Source: a bacterium
GTDB taxonomy: Bacteria; UBA8248
Direction of reading: 5' to 3'
Assembly (NCBI GenBank): GCA_965207065.1
Contig: OZ242260.1
Span: forward strand, 2,624,001-2,688,000
Length of the DNA: 64,000 bases
The notes beneath the pieces are model-generated. The model saw only the letters and a program-made list of their open reading frames with translations, was not told where the DNA came from and made no database searches. Each line of letters starts with the position of its first letter. Position 1 is the first letter of the stretch. The position numbers and the translations under genes are program-made. Of the stretch, positions 37,794-47,944 are shown piece by piece.

Positions 37794-39473
37794 ATGCCGA
37801 AAATGACAGGCGCCCAGGTCATGGCCGAGATGCTCAAGGGCTATGGCGTGACTCACACTTTTCTGGTTCCCGCTGTTCTCAGGCGCTCGATGGCCGAGAT
37901 GGAAGAGCGCACGAACATCGCCCGCATCCAGACGCACGGCGAGAAATCCGCCGCCTACATGGCGGACGGCTACGCCCGCGCGGGCAAGAAGCCGGGCGTC
38001 TGCATGGCGCAGGTCATCGGCGCGCTGAACCTGGCGGCGGGCCTGCGGGACGCCTATCTGGCGAAGGCTCCCGTCCTGGCCTTCACGGGCGGGCGCGTGC
38101 CCGAGACGAAGTTCCGCAAGGTCTACCAGGAGGTGGACGACGTTCCCGCCTTCGAGCCGGTGACGAAGTTCAACGCCACGGTGGACGACGTCTCGCGCTT
38201 CCCGGACATGCTCCGGCAAGCCTTCCGCGTGGCCACCTCGGGATGCCCGGGGCCGGTGCACCTGCAATTCGCAGGCAACGAGGGCCAGCTCGACATCGGA
38301 GAGGCCGAGATGGAGGTGGTCATCGAAGAAGATTTCAAGGAACTCCCTCCATATAGGCCCGAACCTGAAATGGCGCGCGTGAAAAAAGCGGTCGAGTTGC
38401 TGGAAAAAGCGGAGCGCCCCGTCATCGTCGCTGGCGGCGGGGTTCGCTCATCGGGAGCGTCGAAAGAACTCATCGCCCTGGCGGAGAAGCTGAACATACC
38501 GGTGGCGACGTCGTTGAACGGCAAGGACAACATTCCGGGCAACCATCGGCTTTCCGTCGGCGTAGTGGGCACCTATTCGAGAAAGAGCGCGAACCGCGTC
38601 GTGAACGGAGCCGACCTGGTCTTTTTCGTCGGCACCGAGACGGGCGGCATGACGACGCACTTCTGGGCCGTGCCACCCATCGGCACGCCCGCCATCCAGC
38701 TCGACATCGAACCAGAGGCGCTTGCGCGGAACTATCCCCTGCAAGCCGCGGTTCTGGGCGACGCCAGGGTGAGCCTCCAGAAGATGACCGATGCGACGAG
38801 TGGAGATTCCGCCGCCTCGCGCGCGGGCTGGGTCGAGCGAGCACAGGGCTTCGTGCAGGGATGGCGCGATGAATTCAGCGAATATCTCGCATCGGACGCA
38901 GCACCCATGCGTCCCGAGCGCATCTGCCAGGAGTTGACGGATTCGCTGCCTTCGGACTGCGTCGTGCTGGGCGATACGGGCCATTCGGGCATGTGGATGG
39001 GCGGCATGTACGACCTCTCGCACCCCGAGCAGAGCTACATACGGAGCGCGGGCCACCTGGGCTGGGCCTTCTCGGCGGGTCTGGGGGCGAAGTGCGCGGT
39101 GCCCGACAGGCCGGTGCTCGCCTTCAACGGCGATTCGGGCTTCTGGTATCACCTGTCTGAAATCGAGACCGCCGTGCGCTGGAATATCAACGCGGTGACG
39201 CTGGTGAACAACAACGCCTCTGGGAATCAATCGAAGCGCGGCTTCGATCGCGCCTACGGCGGCGAGCAGACCGAGCAGGCTCATGAACTCTGGAAGCTGA
39301 ACGCGGTGAATTTCGCCGAGATAGCCGAATCCATGGGCGCATTGGGCATCCGGGTGGAAAAACCGGGTGAGCTGAAAAGCGCGCTCGACCAGGCCTTCAG
39401 CGCGAACCGGCCCGTCGTAATCGACTGCGTGAGCGACATCGAGGCCATGGCGCCGTTGGCTGTTACGGAGTAG
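37794..39473 (+). CDS. thiamine diphosphate-dependent enzyme
   Basis: HGEKSAAYMADGYARA, YQE, PGPVHL and GDSG...NNN ThDP motif. Confidence 0.9.
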   Translation: MPKMTGAQVMAEMLKGYGVTHTFLVPAVLRRSMAEMEERTNIARIQTHGEKSAAYMADGYARAGKKPGVCMAQVIGALNLAAGLRDAYLAKAPVLAFTGGRVPETKFRKVYQEVDDVPAFEPVTKFNATVDDVSRFPDMLRQAFRVATSGCPGPVHLQFAGNEGQLDIGEAEMEVVIEEDFKELPPYRPEPEMARVKKAVELLEKAERPVIVAGGGVRSSGASKELIALAEKLNIPVATSLNGKDNIPGNHRLSVGVVGTYSRKSANRVVNGADLVFFVGTETGGMTTHFWAVPPIGTPAIQLDIEPEALARNYPLQAAVLGDARVSLQKMTDATSGDSAASRAGWVERAQGFVQGWRDEFSEYLASDAAPMRPERICQELTDSLPSDCVVLGDTGHSGMWMGGMYDLSHPEQSYIRSAGHLGWAFSAGLGAKCAVPDRPVLAFNGDSGFWYHLSEIETAVRWNINAVTLVNNNASGNQSKRGFDRAYGGEQTEQAHELWKLNAVNFAEIAESMGALGIRVEKPGELKSALDQAFSANRPVVIDCVSDIEAMAPLAVTE

Positions 39474-39489
39474 GGGCGCGCGGCGGTTT

Positions 39490-39740
39490 TGTATGTAGCG
39501 CTCCAAAGATGGGAGCGCTACATACACTAGGCTTACGACCAAAACGACGTACGGGGTGAGGACGTGACAGAGACGAAATGACAAAGTCCCTGGATTCCGG
39601 CATGCGCCGGAATGACGATCAAAAGCGCATTCACCCGTAGGGGCGGCCCCCCGTGGCCGCCCTGGTCGTATCCACCTTGACATAGGACAGGCACAGGGGC
39701 CTGTCCCTACGAGGCGGTGCGGTTATGTTTGTCATTCCGA
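39490..39740. repeat. cluster of REP-like palindromes between convergent genes
   Basis: TGTATGTAGCGCTCC..GGAGCGCTACATACA (39490-39526); CTGGATTCCGGCATGCGCCGGAATGACG (~39590-39617); GTAGGGGCGGCC..GGCCGCCC (39637-39662); GGACAGGC..GCCTGTCCCTAC (39685-39710). Confidence 0.75.
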
Positions 39741-39783
39741 GGTGGTCACGTGAAGACGTGTGGAAATAAGGGGCGTATCAGAT

Positions 39784-40656
39784 TCAGACCGTCCGGGATG
39801 CGCTCGGCTCACTGATTGAGGAAATCTTCCTCGCCAGAAATTCGCGCGTTACGCGGATGAATGCCTCTGGTTCGTCCATGAAGACGTGGTGGTGCGCGCC
39901 GGGGATGACGGCTGTCTCCACATGCGGAACCTTCTCGCGGACCCATTCGAGGGAATCCGATTTCAGGCGGTCGGAGAGTTCCCCCGCCACGAGCAGGGCA
40001 GGGGTCTCGACCCGCTGCCAGCCCGCGCGCTGATCCGTCTCGGGACGCGCGGCGTGAAAACGCCTGTCCGCCTTGACCGTCCAGGTGCCGTCGCCGTTTT
40101 GCCTCACGGCGTGGCGCGCGATATGGGCGATTGTATCGGGGTTCACCTTGTCCGATGCGGGCAGTAGCCTGAATTTCTCCACGAAAAGCTCTCGCGACGC
40201 CCAGGGTCTGGCGGGCCGGTTCCCGAACGCGCGCACCTCGGCGAGAATCGCGTCCGTCGTCCGGAGCGGGGAATCCACGATGATGATGCCCTCGACGTCG
40301 GGCGGCTCCAGGGCGAAGAGGTTCAGCGCGATGACGCCTCCCATCGAGTGCGCCAGCAGCCAGGGCTTTCGTCCGCTCTCTTCTTTCGCCCATTCCACCC
40401 AGGCCGTCACGTCGCGCAGCAGGTCCTCGAAGACGTATTCATCCTGCCATCCGGTGTCCCCGTGGCCGCGGTGATCCGTCGCCACGGGCCGGAGCATGTC
40501 CGTGTAACCGGGGGCGATGTGATCCCACCAGCGCGCGTGGGCCGCAGCGCCGTGCAGCATCAGGATGATGGGCTTGTCCTCGCCCTCGTCCCCGTGGTCC
40601 AGGGCGTGCAGCCGCACGCCGTCTCTTTCGATGAATACGCTCTTTGGTTCCGACAT
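39784..40656 (-). CDS. alpha/beta hydrolase
   Basis: LHG, DHRGHGDT, AHSMGG nucleophile elbow and AHHHVFMDEP. Confidence 0.9.
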   Translation of the reverse strand: MSEPKSVFIERDGVRLHALDHGDEGEDKPIILMLHGAAAHARWWDHIAPGYTDMLRPVATDHRGHGDTGWQDEYVFEDLLRDVTAWVEWAKEESGRKPWLLAHSMGGVIALNLFALEPPDVEGIIIVDSPLRTTDAILAEVRAFGNRPARPWASRELFVEKFRLLPASDKVNPDTIAHIARHAVRQNGDGTWTVKADRRFHAARPETDQRAGWQRVETPALLVAGELSDRLKSDSLEWVREKVPHVETAVIPGAHHHVFMDEPEAFIRVTREFLARKISSISEPSASRTV

Positions 40657-40779
40657 TCGTCTTGACTCCGGATATGATGAGGCCGTTTCAGATTTCGAGG
40701 GAGAATCCACCATCAGCGCGGGAATGGCAAGCCTGCTTGCTCATTTGGCGGTGTTTCAGGGGAGTGGACAGTGCTTAGG

Positions 40780-40995
40780 AGGCTGTTGAAAAGCCCGAAT
40801 AGGGCCCCTGCAAGTAGAGGGTTTGTAGGGACAGGCCCCCGTGCCTGTCCACGTGAAGCACAACCACGGGGTTGGACATATCCGATACGGGCGGCCACTG
40901 GGGGCCGCCCCTACGTCTCAAAACATGGGTGGGTGTGTATACCCTCCCCGGTCGGCTACATACGCCGTTCACAAAATCAGGTTTCTTAACAGTCT
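40780..40995. mobile_element. MITE-like element of the same TIR family carrying a heterotypic GTAG REP pair
   Basis: AGGCTGTTGAAAAGCC at left, GGTTTCTTAACAGTCT at right (degenerate); GTAGGGACAGGC..GCCTGTCC (40825-40850) and GGGCGGCC..GGCCGCCCCTAC (40889-40914). Confidence 0.6.
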
Positions 40996-41021
40996 TTTGA
41001 AATGCGTTCGGGTTCCAGGCG

Positions 41022-41675
41022 TCAACGCTCCTCGGGCCATACGGCGCGCGCCAGGCGCCAGCCCGCTAGCGCGCCTATAAACTGGGCGATGATGAAGGCG
41101 AGCGCGTCGAACGGCTGAATGCCCGAGAACGTGTTGGTGTAAACCCGTGCGACCGTGACCGCCGGGTTGGCGAAGCTGGTCGAGGCCGTGAACCAGAGGG
41201 CCGCCATGATGTATAGCCCGACCATCGCGGGGATGAGGGCGGGGTTCGTGCGCAGCCCGCCCAGGATGACGAAGATCAGCCCCGCCGTCGCTATGACTTC
41301 CGCCGACCACTGGCCGATGCCGCTGCGCGTTTTCACCGAGACCTGGGCGATGTCCAAGTCGAACATCAGATGCGCGGCGAGCACGCCGAGGATACCCGCG
41401 AGGAATTGCGTGGCGACGTAGGGCGCGGCCTCGCGCTGTTCCATCTCCCCATTCAAGGCGAAGACCATGGTGACCGCGGGGTTGAAGTGCGCGCCGGAGA
41501 CCGGCCCGAGCAGGGTGATCATCACGAAGAGAATCGCGCCGATCGCCAGGGAATGCGGCAATAGCGCCGCGCCCGCCTGCCCGTTCGAGAGGGCGTCGCC
41601 CATGATGCCCGATCCTGTGATGGCGGCGAGGAGAAACGCGGTTCCAACGGCTTCGGCCAGGAGTTTACGGCTCAT
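41022..41675 (-). CDS. MIP/aquaporin family channel (arsenite-efflux AqpS type)
   Basis: SGAHFNPAVT and STSFANPAVT NPA boxes; directly downstream of arsC. Confidence 0.88.
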   Translation of the reverse strand: MSRKLLAEAVGTAFLLAAITGSGIMGDALSNGQAGAALLPHSLAIGAILFVMITLLGPVSGAHFNPAVTMVFALNGEMEQREAAPYVATQFLAGILGVLAAHLMFDLDIAQVSVKTRSGIGQWSAEVIATAGLIFVILGGLRTNPALIPAMVGLYIMAALWFTASTSFANPAVTVARVYTNTFSGIQPFDALAFIIAQFIGALAGWRLARAVWPEER

Positions 41676-41687
41676 CGGGTTACCTCC

Positions 41688-42164
41688 TCATACTCGGGCG
41701 ATGGCGTCCAGGCGCGTCTTGAGCGCCGCGCGGTCCATGTCTTCGAAGTCAAGGGCCAGAAAGGCGTTGATTCGGGCGCTCAGGCGGTGGTAGGCGACCC
41801 GGAACGCCCGGTCGATTTGGTCTTCCGGCGCAGCGGCGGGGTCGTCCACTCCCCAGTGCGCCTTGAGCGGCGCGCCGGGCCAGACGGGGCAGATTTCGCC
41901 CGCCGCCGAATCGCAGACGGTGACGACGAGGTCCATTTTGGGGGCGCCGGGGGCGGCGAACTCATCCCAGCTCTTCGAGCGGTAGCCTACCGTCGGCAGG
42001 CCCAGCCTCTCGAGGAGGCGAACCGCGCCCGGATTGACCCGGCCCGTCGGGCGGGAACCCGCCGAATAGGCCCGCACCCTCCCCACGCCGTCGCGGTTCA
42101 GGACGGCTTCCGCGAGTATCGAGCGCGCCGAGTTGCCCGTGCAAAGAACGAGAATATGGCGCAT
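41688..42164 (-). CDS. arsC: arsenate reductase, LMW-PTPase type
   Basis: LCTGNSARS, SAGS, SKSWDEF, TVCDSAAGEICPVWPG and HWGVDDP. Confidence 0.9.
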   Translation of the reverse strand: MRHILVLCTGNSARSILAEAVLNRDGVGRVRAYSAGSRPTGRVNPGAVRLLERLGLPTVGYRSKSWDEFAAPGAPKMDLVVTVCDSAAGEICPVWPGAPLKAHWGVDDPAAAPEDQIDRAFRVAYHRLSARINAFLALDFEDMDRAALKTRLDAIARV

Positions 42165-42409
42165 GGAATCTCCCTCGTCTCGTCGTCTGGAACTCGACGA
42201 TCCCCTCACTAGAAAACGCTCTCAGTTTCCGGGATTCGCCTCGCTCCAGTTTCAGGATGTCGTTTTGAATTTTGGATTATATCGGGGGGTGGAATCTCCA
42301 CCGGGCCGCCCGGAAATCATGTAGCCCAATTCGGCGGCGAGATCAAATCAAGCGGCCCGTTTTCCGGGATTTCTTATTCCGTGCTCCGCAGCGCAAGCGC
42401 GATGGTTTT

Positions 42410-42486
42410 GCAGGGACTGGCCTCCGTGCCTGTCCTACCCTCCGTGGTTGTCCTTCGTCAGGATAGGCACGAAGGCCTGTCCCTAC
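42410..42486. repeat. degenerate GTAG-type REP pair
   Basis: GCAGGGACTGGCCTCCGTGCCTGTCC ... GGATAGGCACGAAGGCCTGTCCCTAC. Confidence 0.6.
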
Positions 42487-42532
42487 AGGGTCCAATCGGG
42501 TTTACCAGGAATCCTGCGGGAGAGCGCTCCTC

Positions 42533-43615
42533 TCAACGCTCAAGGATGCGCACCTGCTCGCCGCGGAGGCCCACGGCGACATCATCTCCCACGGCGAAGG
42601 CGCGGCGGCCCGGATGGTGGGTGTCGTCGACCAGCAGGGTGTCCTCGCCGATGACGACGGAGTAGCGCAGCAGGTTGCCGAGGAACTCGCGGTGCTGCAC
42701 CCGGCCGGTCAGGACGATACCGGGGAGCGTTTCGCCCGGTGCGGCGATGGCGATGTCCTGGGGCCGGAACACGGCGGTATGCTCCTCACCGGGCGCGTGG
42801 ACCTCACCCGAAAGCGGCACGGCGATGCCGCCGGCCGCGGCGAAGCGCGCGCCATCGGCCCCCGTCTCGATCCGCCCGTCCATGAGATTCGCCGTGCCCA
42901 GGAAGTGGGCGACGAAGCGGTTCACCGGCTCGTCGTAGAGTTCCATGGGCGCTCCCACCTGCTGGAGTATGCCGTCGTCGAGCACGGCGATACGATCCGA
43001 GATGGTGTTGGCCTCTTCCTGGTCGTGGGTGACGAAGATGGTGGTCAGTTCCAGTTCGCGCTGCAAGTCCAGAATCTCGCGGCGCATCTGTACGCGCAGG
43101 TTGGCGTCCAGGTTCGAGAGCGGCTCGTCGAGCAGGAGCACGCGGGGTTCGACGACGATGGTGCGCGCCAGGGCGACGCGCTGCTGCTGTCCGCCGGACA
43201 GCTGCGAGGGGCGCCGCTCGGCAAGCTCCAGGAGTCCGACCATGTCCAGTGCGGCGTCGACGCGCCTGGGAATTTCGGCGGCGGGCGTCTTGCGCTCCTC
43301 GAGGCCGAAGGCGACGTTCCTGCGCACCGTCATGTGCGGCCAGAGCGCATAGGACTGGAACACCATGCCGACGTTGCGCCGCCAGGGGGGGAGCCGCGTC
43401 ACGTCGTCCTCGCCTATCAGGATGCGCCCCCGGGGCGCAGGGCCGAAGCCTGCGACGGCGCGCAGGAGGGTCGATTTGCCCGACCCCGACGGCCCCAGGA
43501 AGGTGAACAACTCGCCCGGTTCGATGCGAAGGTCCACGTCTTTCAGCACGTCGGTCGTGTCGTAGGCGAGGCTCAGTTGTTCGATGACGACGCTTGCGGC
43601 GTTTTGCGATGCCAT
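42533..43615 (-). CDS. ABC transporter ATP-binding protein (FbpC/PotA type)
   Basis: GPSGSGKS, VFQSYAL, LSGGQQQRVALAR, LLDEPLSNLD, VTHDQEEA and a TOBE-like C-terminus. Confidence 0.92.
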   Translation of the reverse strand: MASQNAASVVIEQLSLAYDTTDVLKDVDLRIEPGELFTFLGPSGSGKSTLLRAVAGFGPAPRGRILIGEDDVTRLPPWRRNVGMVFQSYALWPHMTVRRNVAFGLEERKTPAAEIPRRVDAALDMVGLLELAERRPSQLSGGQQQRVALARTIVVEPRVLLLDEPLSNLDANLRVQMRREILDLQRELELTTIFVTHDQEEANTISDRIAVLDDGILQQVGAPMELYDEPVNRFVAHFLGTANLMDGRIETGADGARFAAAGGIAVPLSGEVHAPGEEHTAVFRPQDIAIAAPGETLPGIVLTGRVQHREFLGNLLRYSVVIGEDTLLVDDTHHPGRRAFAVGDDVAVGLRGEQVRILER

Positions 43616-43617
43616 TC

Positions 43618-45333
43618 TCATACTCCCGCGACGATGGCCATGTCCGGCGTCTGGCGCGTCTCTTTGCGCTGGATGAAGCGGTGCGAGACGTAGGTGGCGA
43701 CGCCGACGATGACTACGGCGATGATGCCGAGCGCGGCGCCCGGGCCGCGGCCCGCCGCCGACTGCATGAACTCGTAAATCCCGAAGGCGAGCGGAGCGTC
43801 CGATTCCTGCGAGACGAGCATGATGGTCGTCGACAGCTCGACCGCCGCGGTGGCGAAGCTGGTGATGAAGCCTGCGACGATGCCGCCCGACATGAGCGGC
43901 ACGACGACCCGGTAGATGGTGCGGCCCTTGGTCGCCCCCAGATTCTCGGCGGCTTCTTCGAGCATGACGCTCAGCTGCTGCAGCGCCGCCATGCAGGCGC
44001 GCAGCGCGTAGGGCAGGCGCCGGATGGCGAGGGCGACGACGATGATGACCCACCACGAGGCCAGGGGTTTATCTATAATCGGCACGTTGAACGCGTAGAA
44101 GGTACGCAGATAGCCGATGCCGAGCACCACGCCGGGAATCGCCACCGCCCCCATCGCGGCGTAATCAAGCCACTGCCGGCCGGCCAGCCCGGTGCGCAGG
44201 ACGATGTAGGCGATGGCCGTGCCGAATACGACGTCGATGCCCGCGGCGAGGCCCGCGTAGAGCAACGTGTTGGTGATGAATTCCGATGAGTCCGAGATCA
44301 CCCGCAGGTAATGCGCGTAGGTGTAGGCGTCGGGCAGCACGCTGAAGGACCAGACCGTGCCGAGAGAGAGGATGGCGAGGCCGAAGTGCGGCGAGAGAAC
44401 CAGCAGCAGTATGAAGACGACGACGCCGTAGCAGGCGGCCTTCTCCCAGGGCCTCAGGTCGCGCTTCATCAGCCCGCCCCCGCCCTTTTGCACGGTCGCG
44501 TAGTCCTTGTTCCGAAGCGCCAGAAACGAGGTCCAGAGCGCCAGCAGGGAGAATATGACCAGGATGACCGAGATCACGTAGCCCATGGGGTCCGAGATGC
44601 CGATGGAGGCGATGCGCAGGTAGGCCTGGGGCGCCAGCATGTTGTTGATGTTGAGCAGCAGCGGCGTGCCGATGTCGTCGAACACCTTCAGGAACACCAG
44701 TGATGCGCCCGCGACGTAGCCGGGCATGGCCAGCGGGAACACGATGCGGCGGAACAGGCGCACCCCGCTGGCGCCCAGGTTCTGGGCGGATTCCTCCATC
44801 GACCGGTCGATGTTGTTGAGCGAGGCCGAGAGATTCATGAGAATGAAAGGGAAATAGTGGATGCTCTCGACCAGGATGACGCCGTTCAACCCCTCCATGA
44901 AGGGGACCTTAAAGCCGAACCATTCATCCAGCAGCAGGTTGACCGATCCGTTCTCGCCGAGGAGCAGGAGCATCGCCACGGCGCCGACGAAGGGCGGCAT
45001 GATGAGCGGGAGCACGCCCAGGGTCTGGATGAGGATGGCGCCGCCGAAATTGAAGCGTGTCGTGAAGTAGGCGAGCGGAAGCGCAAAGCACGACGCCAGC
45101 ACCACAGACATCAGGGCGACGTAGATCGAATTGATGGCGGATTCCTGGAACAGGTTGTTCCTGAAGAAATCCACGAAGTTGATGAGCGTCAGCGCGCCCG
45201 TGTTCGGGTCCTGGAAGGCGACGTAGATCACGTTCACGACAGGCACGACCAGGAAGGCGAGCAGGAACAGGCCGACAATGAGGCCCACCGCCGCCGGCCC
45301 CCACTGGCCGCGCGCCATCGCTTCCAGAGACAT
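43618..45333 (-). CDS. ABC transporter permease, double domain (FbpB type)
   Basis: multiple TM helices; two EAA loops (MEESAQNLGA, LEEAAENLGA). Confidence 0.92.
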   Translation of the reverse strand: MSLEAMARGQWGPAAVGLIVGLFLLAFLVVPVVNVIYVAFQDPNTGALTLINFVDFFRNNLFQESAINSIYVALMSVVLASCFALPLAYFTTRFNFGGAILIQTLGVLPLIMPPFVGAVAMLLLLGENGSVNLLLDEWFGFKVPFMEGLNGVILVESIHYFPFILMNLSASLNNIDRSMEESAQNLGASGVRLFRRIVFPLAMPGYVAGASLVFLKVFDDIGTPLLLNINNMLAPQAYLRIASIGISDPMGYVISVILVIFSLLALWTSFLALRNKDYATVQKGGGGLMKRDLRPWEKAACYGVVVFILLLVLSPHFGLAILSLGTVWSFSVLPDAYTYAHYLRVISDSSEFITNTLLYAGLAAGIDVVFGTAIAYIVLRTGLAGRQWLDYAAMGAVAIPGVVLGIGYLRTFYAFNVPIIDKPLASWWVIIVVALAIRRLPYALRACMAALQQLSVMLEEAAENLGATKGRTIYRVVVPLMSGGIVAGFITSFATAAVELSTTIMLVSQESDAPLAFGIYEFMQSAAGRGPGAALGIIAVVIVGVATYVSHRFIQRKETRQTPDMAIVAGV

Positions 45334-45362
45334 TCTTTCCCCTTCTCCGCGCAGGCTTCAGG

Positions 45363-46712
45363 CTAGAGCATGGACGCCGCCTTCTCGGCCAGCGCCCTGG
45401 CCTTGGCGTAATTCGCCTTGACCTGCGCGTCCCATTCACGTTCGACCTCGGCCTGGCGGCCCGTCACCTTCGTGGTCGCCTTCTTGCGCTTCTTCTTGAA
45501 GATCGCGTTGAATTCCTTCTTGCTCGCCTGGGCCGCGGTGATCGGCACCTTGGCCACCAGCGCCTTGGCCTCGTCGATCAGCTTCTTCGCCGCCATGTTC
45601 TTCTTGCCGCCCATTTGCGCCTCGGCGGTCTGGATGGCCTTGGTCGCCGCGCGCAGGTCGTTCAGGCGGTAGGTGACCATCACGTCGAACAGCGAATTGA
45701 TGACGTTGTAGCGGTTTTTCGAGAGCTGGAGGTCGAACTTGACCGCTGAGCCGATGGACTTGTCCTTGAACGGATTCGGGAAGTCTTTGGGCGCTTTGGC
45801 GTACGTCGCCGGGTTGACGGGCAGGCGGCGGATTTTCTTGTCGAGCAGCACTTCCTGTCCCGCAGGCGAGAGCAGGAACTCGATGAACGCAGCCGCGGCC
45901 TTGGGGTGCGGCGCGTTCTTGACGATGGCGATGTTCGCGGGCACCAGCGTCGTCACCGGCGGGTAGATGAATTTGACGGGGAAGCCCGAAGCCTCGGACG
46001 ACAGCCCGAAGAAGTCGATGACGATGCCGAGGCCGAACTGGCCCGAGTTCACGCCGTCGGGCACGCCGAAGCTGCGCTCGGTGACGGTCTTGAAGTTGCC
46101 GGCGATGGCCTTCCACTCGGCCCAGCCCTTCTCCCAGCCCTTGCCCTGCAGGAGGGTCTCGACGGTGAGGTGGGTGGTGCCCGAACGCGAAGGCGCGCTC
46201 ATGCCGACGTGGCCGTGGTAGACGGGCATGGCCAGATCGGCCCAGGTCTTGGGCGCGGGCAGCTTCTTGGCCTTCAGGTAGCGGGTGTTCCACATGATGC
46301 CGTAGCCCGAAGCCGCGAAACCCTTGTAGTAGCCCTCGGGGTCGTTGATCGGGAAAGCGCCGACATTCTTGGGAATGCCCTTTATCTTGACCTTGTATTT
46401 CTGGAGAAGGTTGTCGCCCTTGAGCACTTCGAAGGCGTCCGGCGCGGATGCCCAGAACATGTCGGAGCGGTTGTTGGAGGCGGTCTCCTGGAGATACTTG
46501 ATGCCGGCGGTGGTCTTTTTCTTGAGCATCTCGACCTTGACGCCGGGGTGTTTCTTCTCGAAAGCCTTCTTGACGGTGGTCGTCGTGTCCGGCGGGTAGG
46601 ACGTGACGATGACGAGCTTCTTCTCGAGCGCGATTGCGCCGAGGGGCGCCGCCAGGACGGCGAGAGCGAAGCCGAAGACGATGGTCCAGAAAGTGGTTTT
46701 CCTGATGGTCAT
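45363..46712 (-). CDS. ABC transporter substrate-binding protein (FbpA/PgtC-like)
   Basis: signal peptide, DMFWASAPDAF, PSRSGTT and AAFIEFLLS..GQ. Confidence 0.88.
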   Translation of the reverse strand: MTIRKTTFWTIVFGFALAVLAAPLGAIALEKKLVIVTSYPPDTTTTVKKAFEKKHPGVKVEMLKKKTTAGIKYLQETASNNRSDMFWASAPDAFEVLKGDNLLQKYKVKIKGIPKNVGAFPINDPEGYYKGFAASGYGIMWNTRYLKAKKLPAPKTWADLAMPVYHGHVGMSAPSRSGTTHLTVETLLQGKGWEKGWAEWKAIAGNFKTVTERSFGVPDGVNSGQFGLGIVIDFFGLSSEASGFPVKFIYPPVTTLVPANIAIVKNAPHPKAAAAFIEFLLSPAGQEVLLDKKIRRLPVNPATYAKAPKDFPNPFKDKSIGSAVKFDLQLSKNRYNVINSLFDVMVTYRLNDLRAATKAIQTAEAQMGGKKNMAAKKLIDEAKALVAKVPITAAQASKKEFNAIFKKKRKKATTKVTGRQAEVEREWDAQVKANYAKARALAEKAASML

Positions 46713-46906
46713 TGGTTTATTCCTCCTCGTTTTCCCTAAGGGGAGTTGTGTGTTGAGGCGTCAATGATACCCGATGGATCAGAGATATACTGGAACATAA
46801 TATTATACCACAAATCATGCGAATCAAGCGGCGAAAACTATGCTGTAGACGCAAGCGTGACGCGCGCCGTCAGGCGGCTCGCGAGAGTTCAAAGAGCGCC
46901 CTCGCG

Positions 46907-47506
46907 CTAGAGCTTGTTCAACTCCACGTCGATGGTGATGCGCACCTCGTTCCCAACGACGAGCCCGCCCGCTTCGAGCAGGCGGTTGTACTTCACCCCG
47001 AAATCCTTGCGGTTTATCCGCGTGGTGGCGCTCGCGCCCATCTTGACGGTCCCGCGCCCCGTTCTGACCTCCCCGCTGATGTCGGCCACCTTCAGCACCA
47101 CTTCTCTCGTGACGCCGCGGATGGTCAGGTCGCCGACGAGTTCGAGGCCCTCCGCGCCCGCATTCTTCACGGCCCTGGACTTGAAGGTGATGGAGGGATG
47201 CTTCTCGACGAGCAGGAAATCGTCGGTCCGCAGGTGGTTGTCGCGCCGCGCGTTGCGCGTATTGATCGAGTCGGCGTCGATGACGATGTCCGCCGCCGCG
47301 GCGCCGGGGTTCTTCCGGTCGTAGCGGACCGTGCCCGACACTCTTTGGAATTCCCCCTGCACCCAGGTGACGCCCAGGTGCCGCACCTTGAAGGAGACCG
47401 TCGTGTGGGTGGGGTCGATTCTCCACTCAGCGGCGTGTGCGAGGGCGGGAGCTACCAGCCATGACGCCGCGATTATCATCGCTGCAAGTTTCACAAATCG
47501 TTTCAT
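46907..47506 (-). CDS. YceI family polyisoprenoid-binding protein
   Basis: signal peptide, WRIDPTHT, FKVRHLG, RDNHLR..DF and GDLTIRGVT. Confidence 0.92.
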   Translation of the reverse strand: MKRFVKLAAMIIAASWLVAPALAHAAEWRIDPTHTTVSFKVRHLGVTWVQGEFQRVSGTVRYDRKNPGAAAADIVIDADSINTRNARRDNHLRTDDFLLVEKHPSITFKSRAVKNAGAEGLELVGDLTIRGVTREVVLKVADISGEVRTGRGTVKMGASATTRINRKDFGVKYNRLLEAGGLVVGNEVRITIDVELNKL

Positions 47507-47572
47507 GAGTCTCGTTCTCCGAATGAATAGGTGTGAAAACGGCGGCGATTCTTTCCAATCTGCGATGTTCTG

Positions 47573-47944
47573 CTATGCGTCGCCATACCTTTCCGGGGAC
47601 TCCTCCTCCGCCTTCTGCCCCTCCAGGTACTTTCCGTACTCATCGTGCGTGGTCTCGGCGCAGAGGTCGGGCCCGCGCTTGTAGGCCGCCCTCGATATGA
47701 GGTGCGCGGCGACGGGCGCGGTCAGGAACAGGAAGAAAATGGCCAGGAGCGCCTGCGTCGTGACGGCGGCGCTTTGGAAGATGATGCTCGCGCCCAGGAG
47801 GATGCCGCCCATGCCGAAGGTCGTCGCCTTGGTGGCGGCGTGCATGCGGCAGTAGACGTCGGGCAGGCGGATGAGGCCGATGCTGGCGACCAGCATGAAG
47901 AACGAGCCTCCCAGCAGCAGGACGGCGGCGAGTGCGTCACTCAA
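47573..47944 (-). CDS. mrpG: Mrp/Mnh antiporter subunit G
   Basis: GLIRLPDVYCRMHAATKATT and LTAPVAAH; TTG start inferred. Confidence 0.88.
   Translation of the reverse strand: MSDALAAVLLLGGSFFMLVASIGLIRLPDVYCRMHAATKATTFGMGGILLGASIIFQSAAVTTQALLAIFFLFLTAPVAAHLISRAAYKRGPDLCAETTHDEYGKYLEGQKAEEESPERYGDA

Noticed and set aside
42533-44056. 507-aa extended ABC ATPase
   Set aside because: The extension overlaps the permease in another frame; start placed at 43615.
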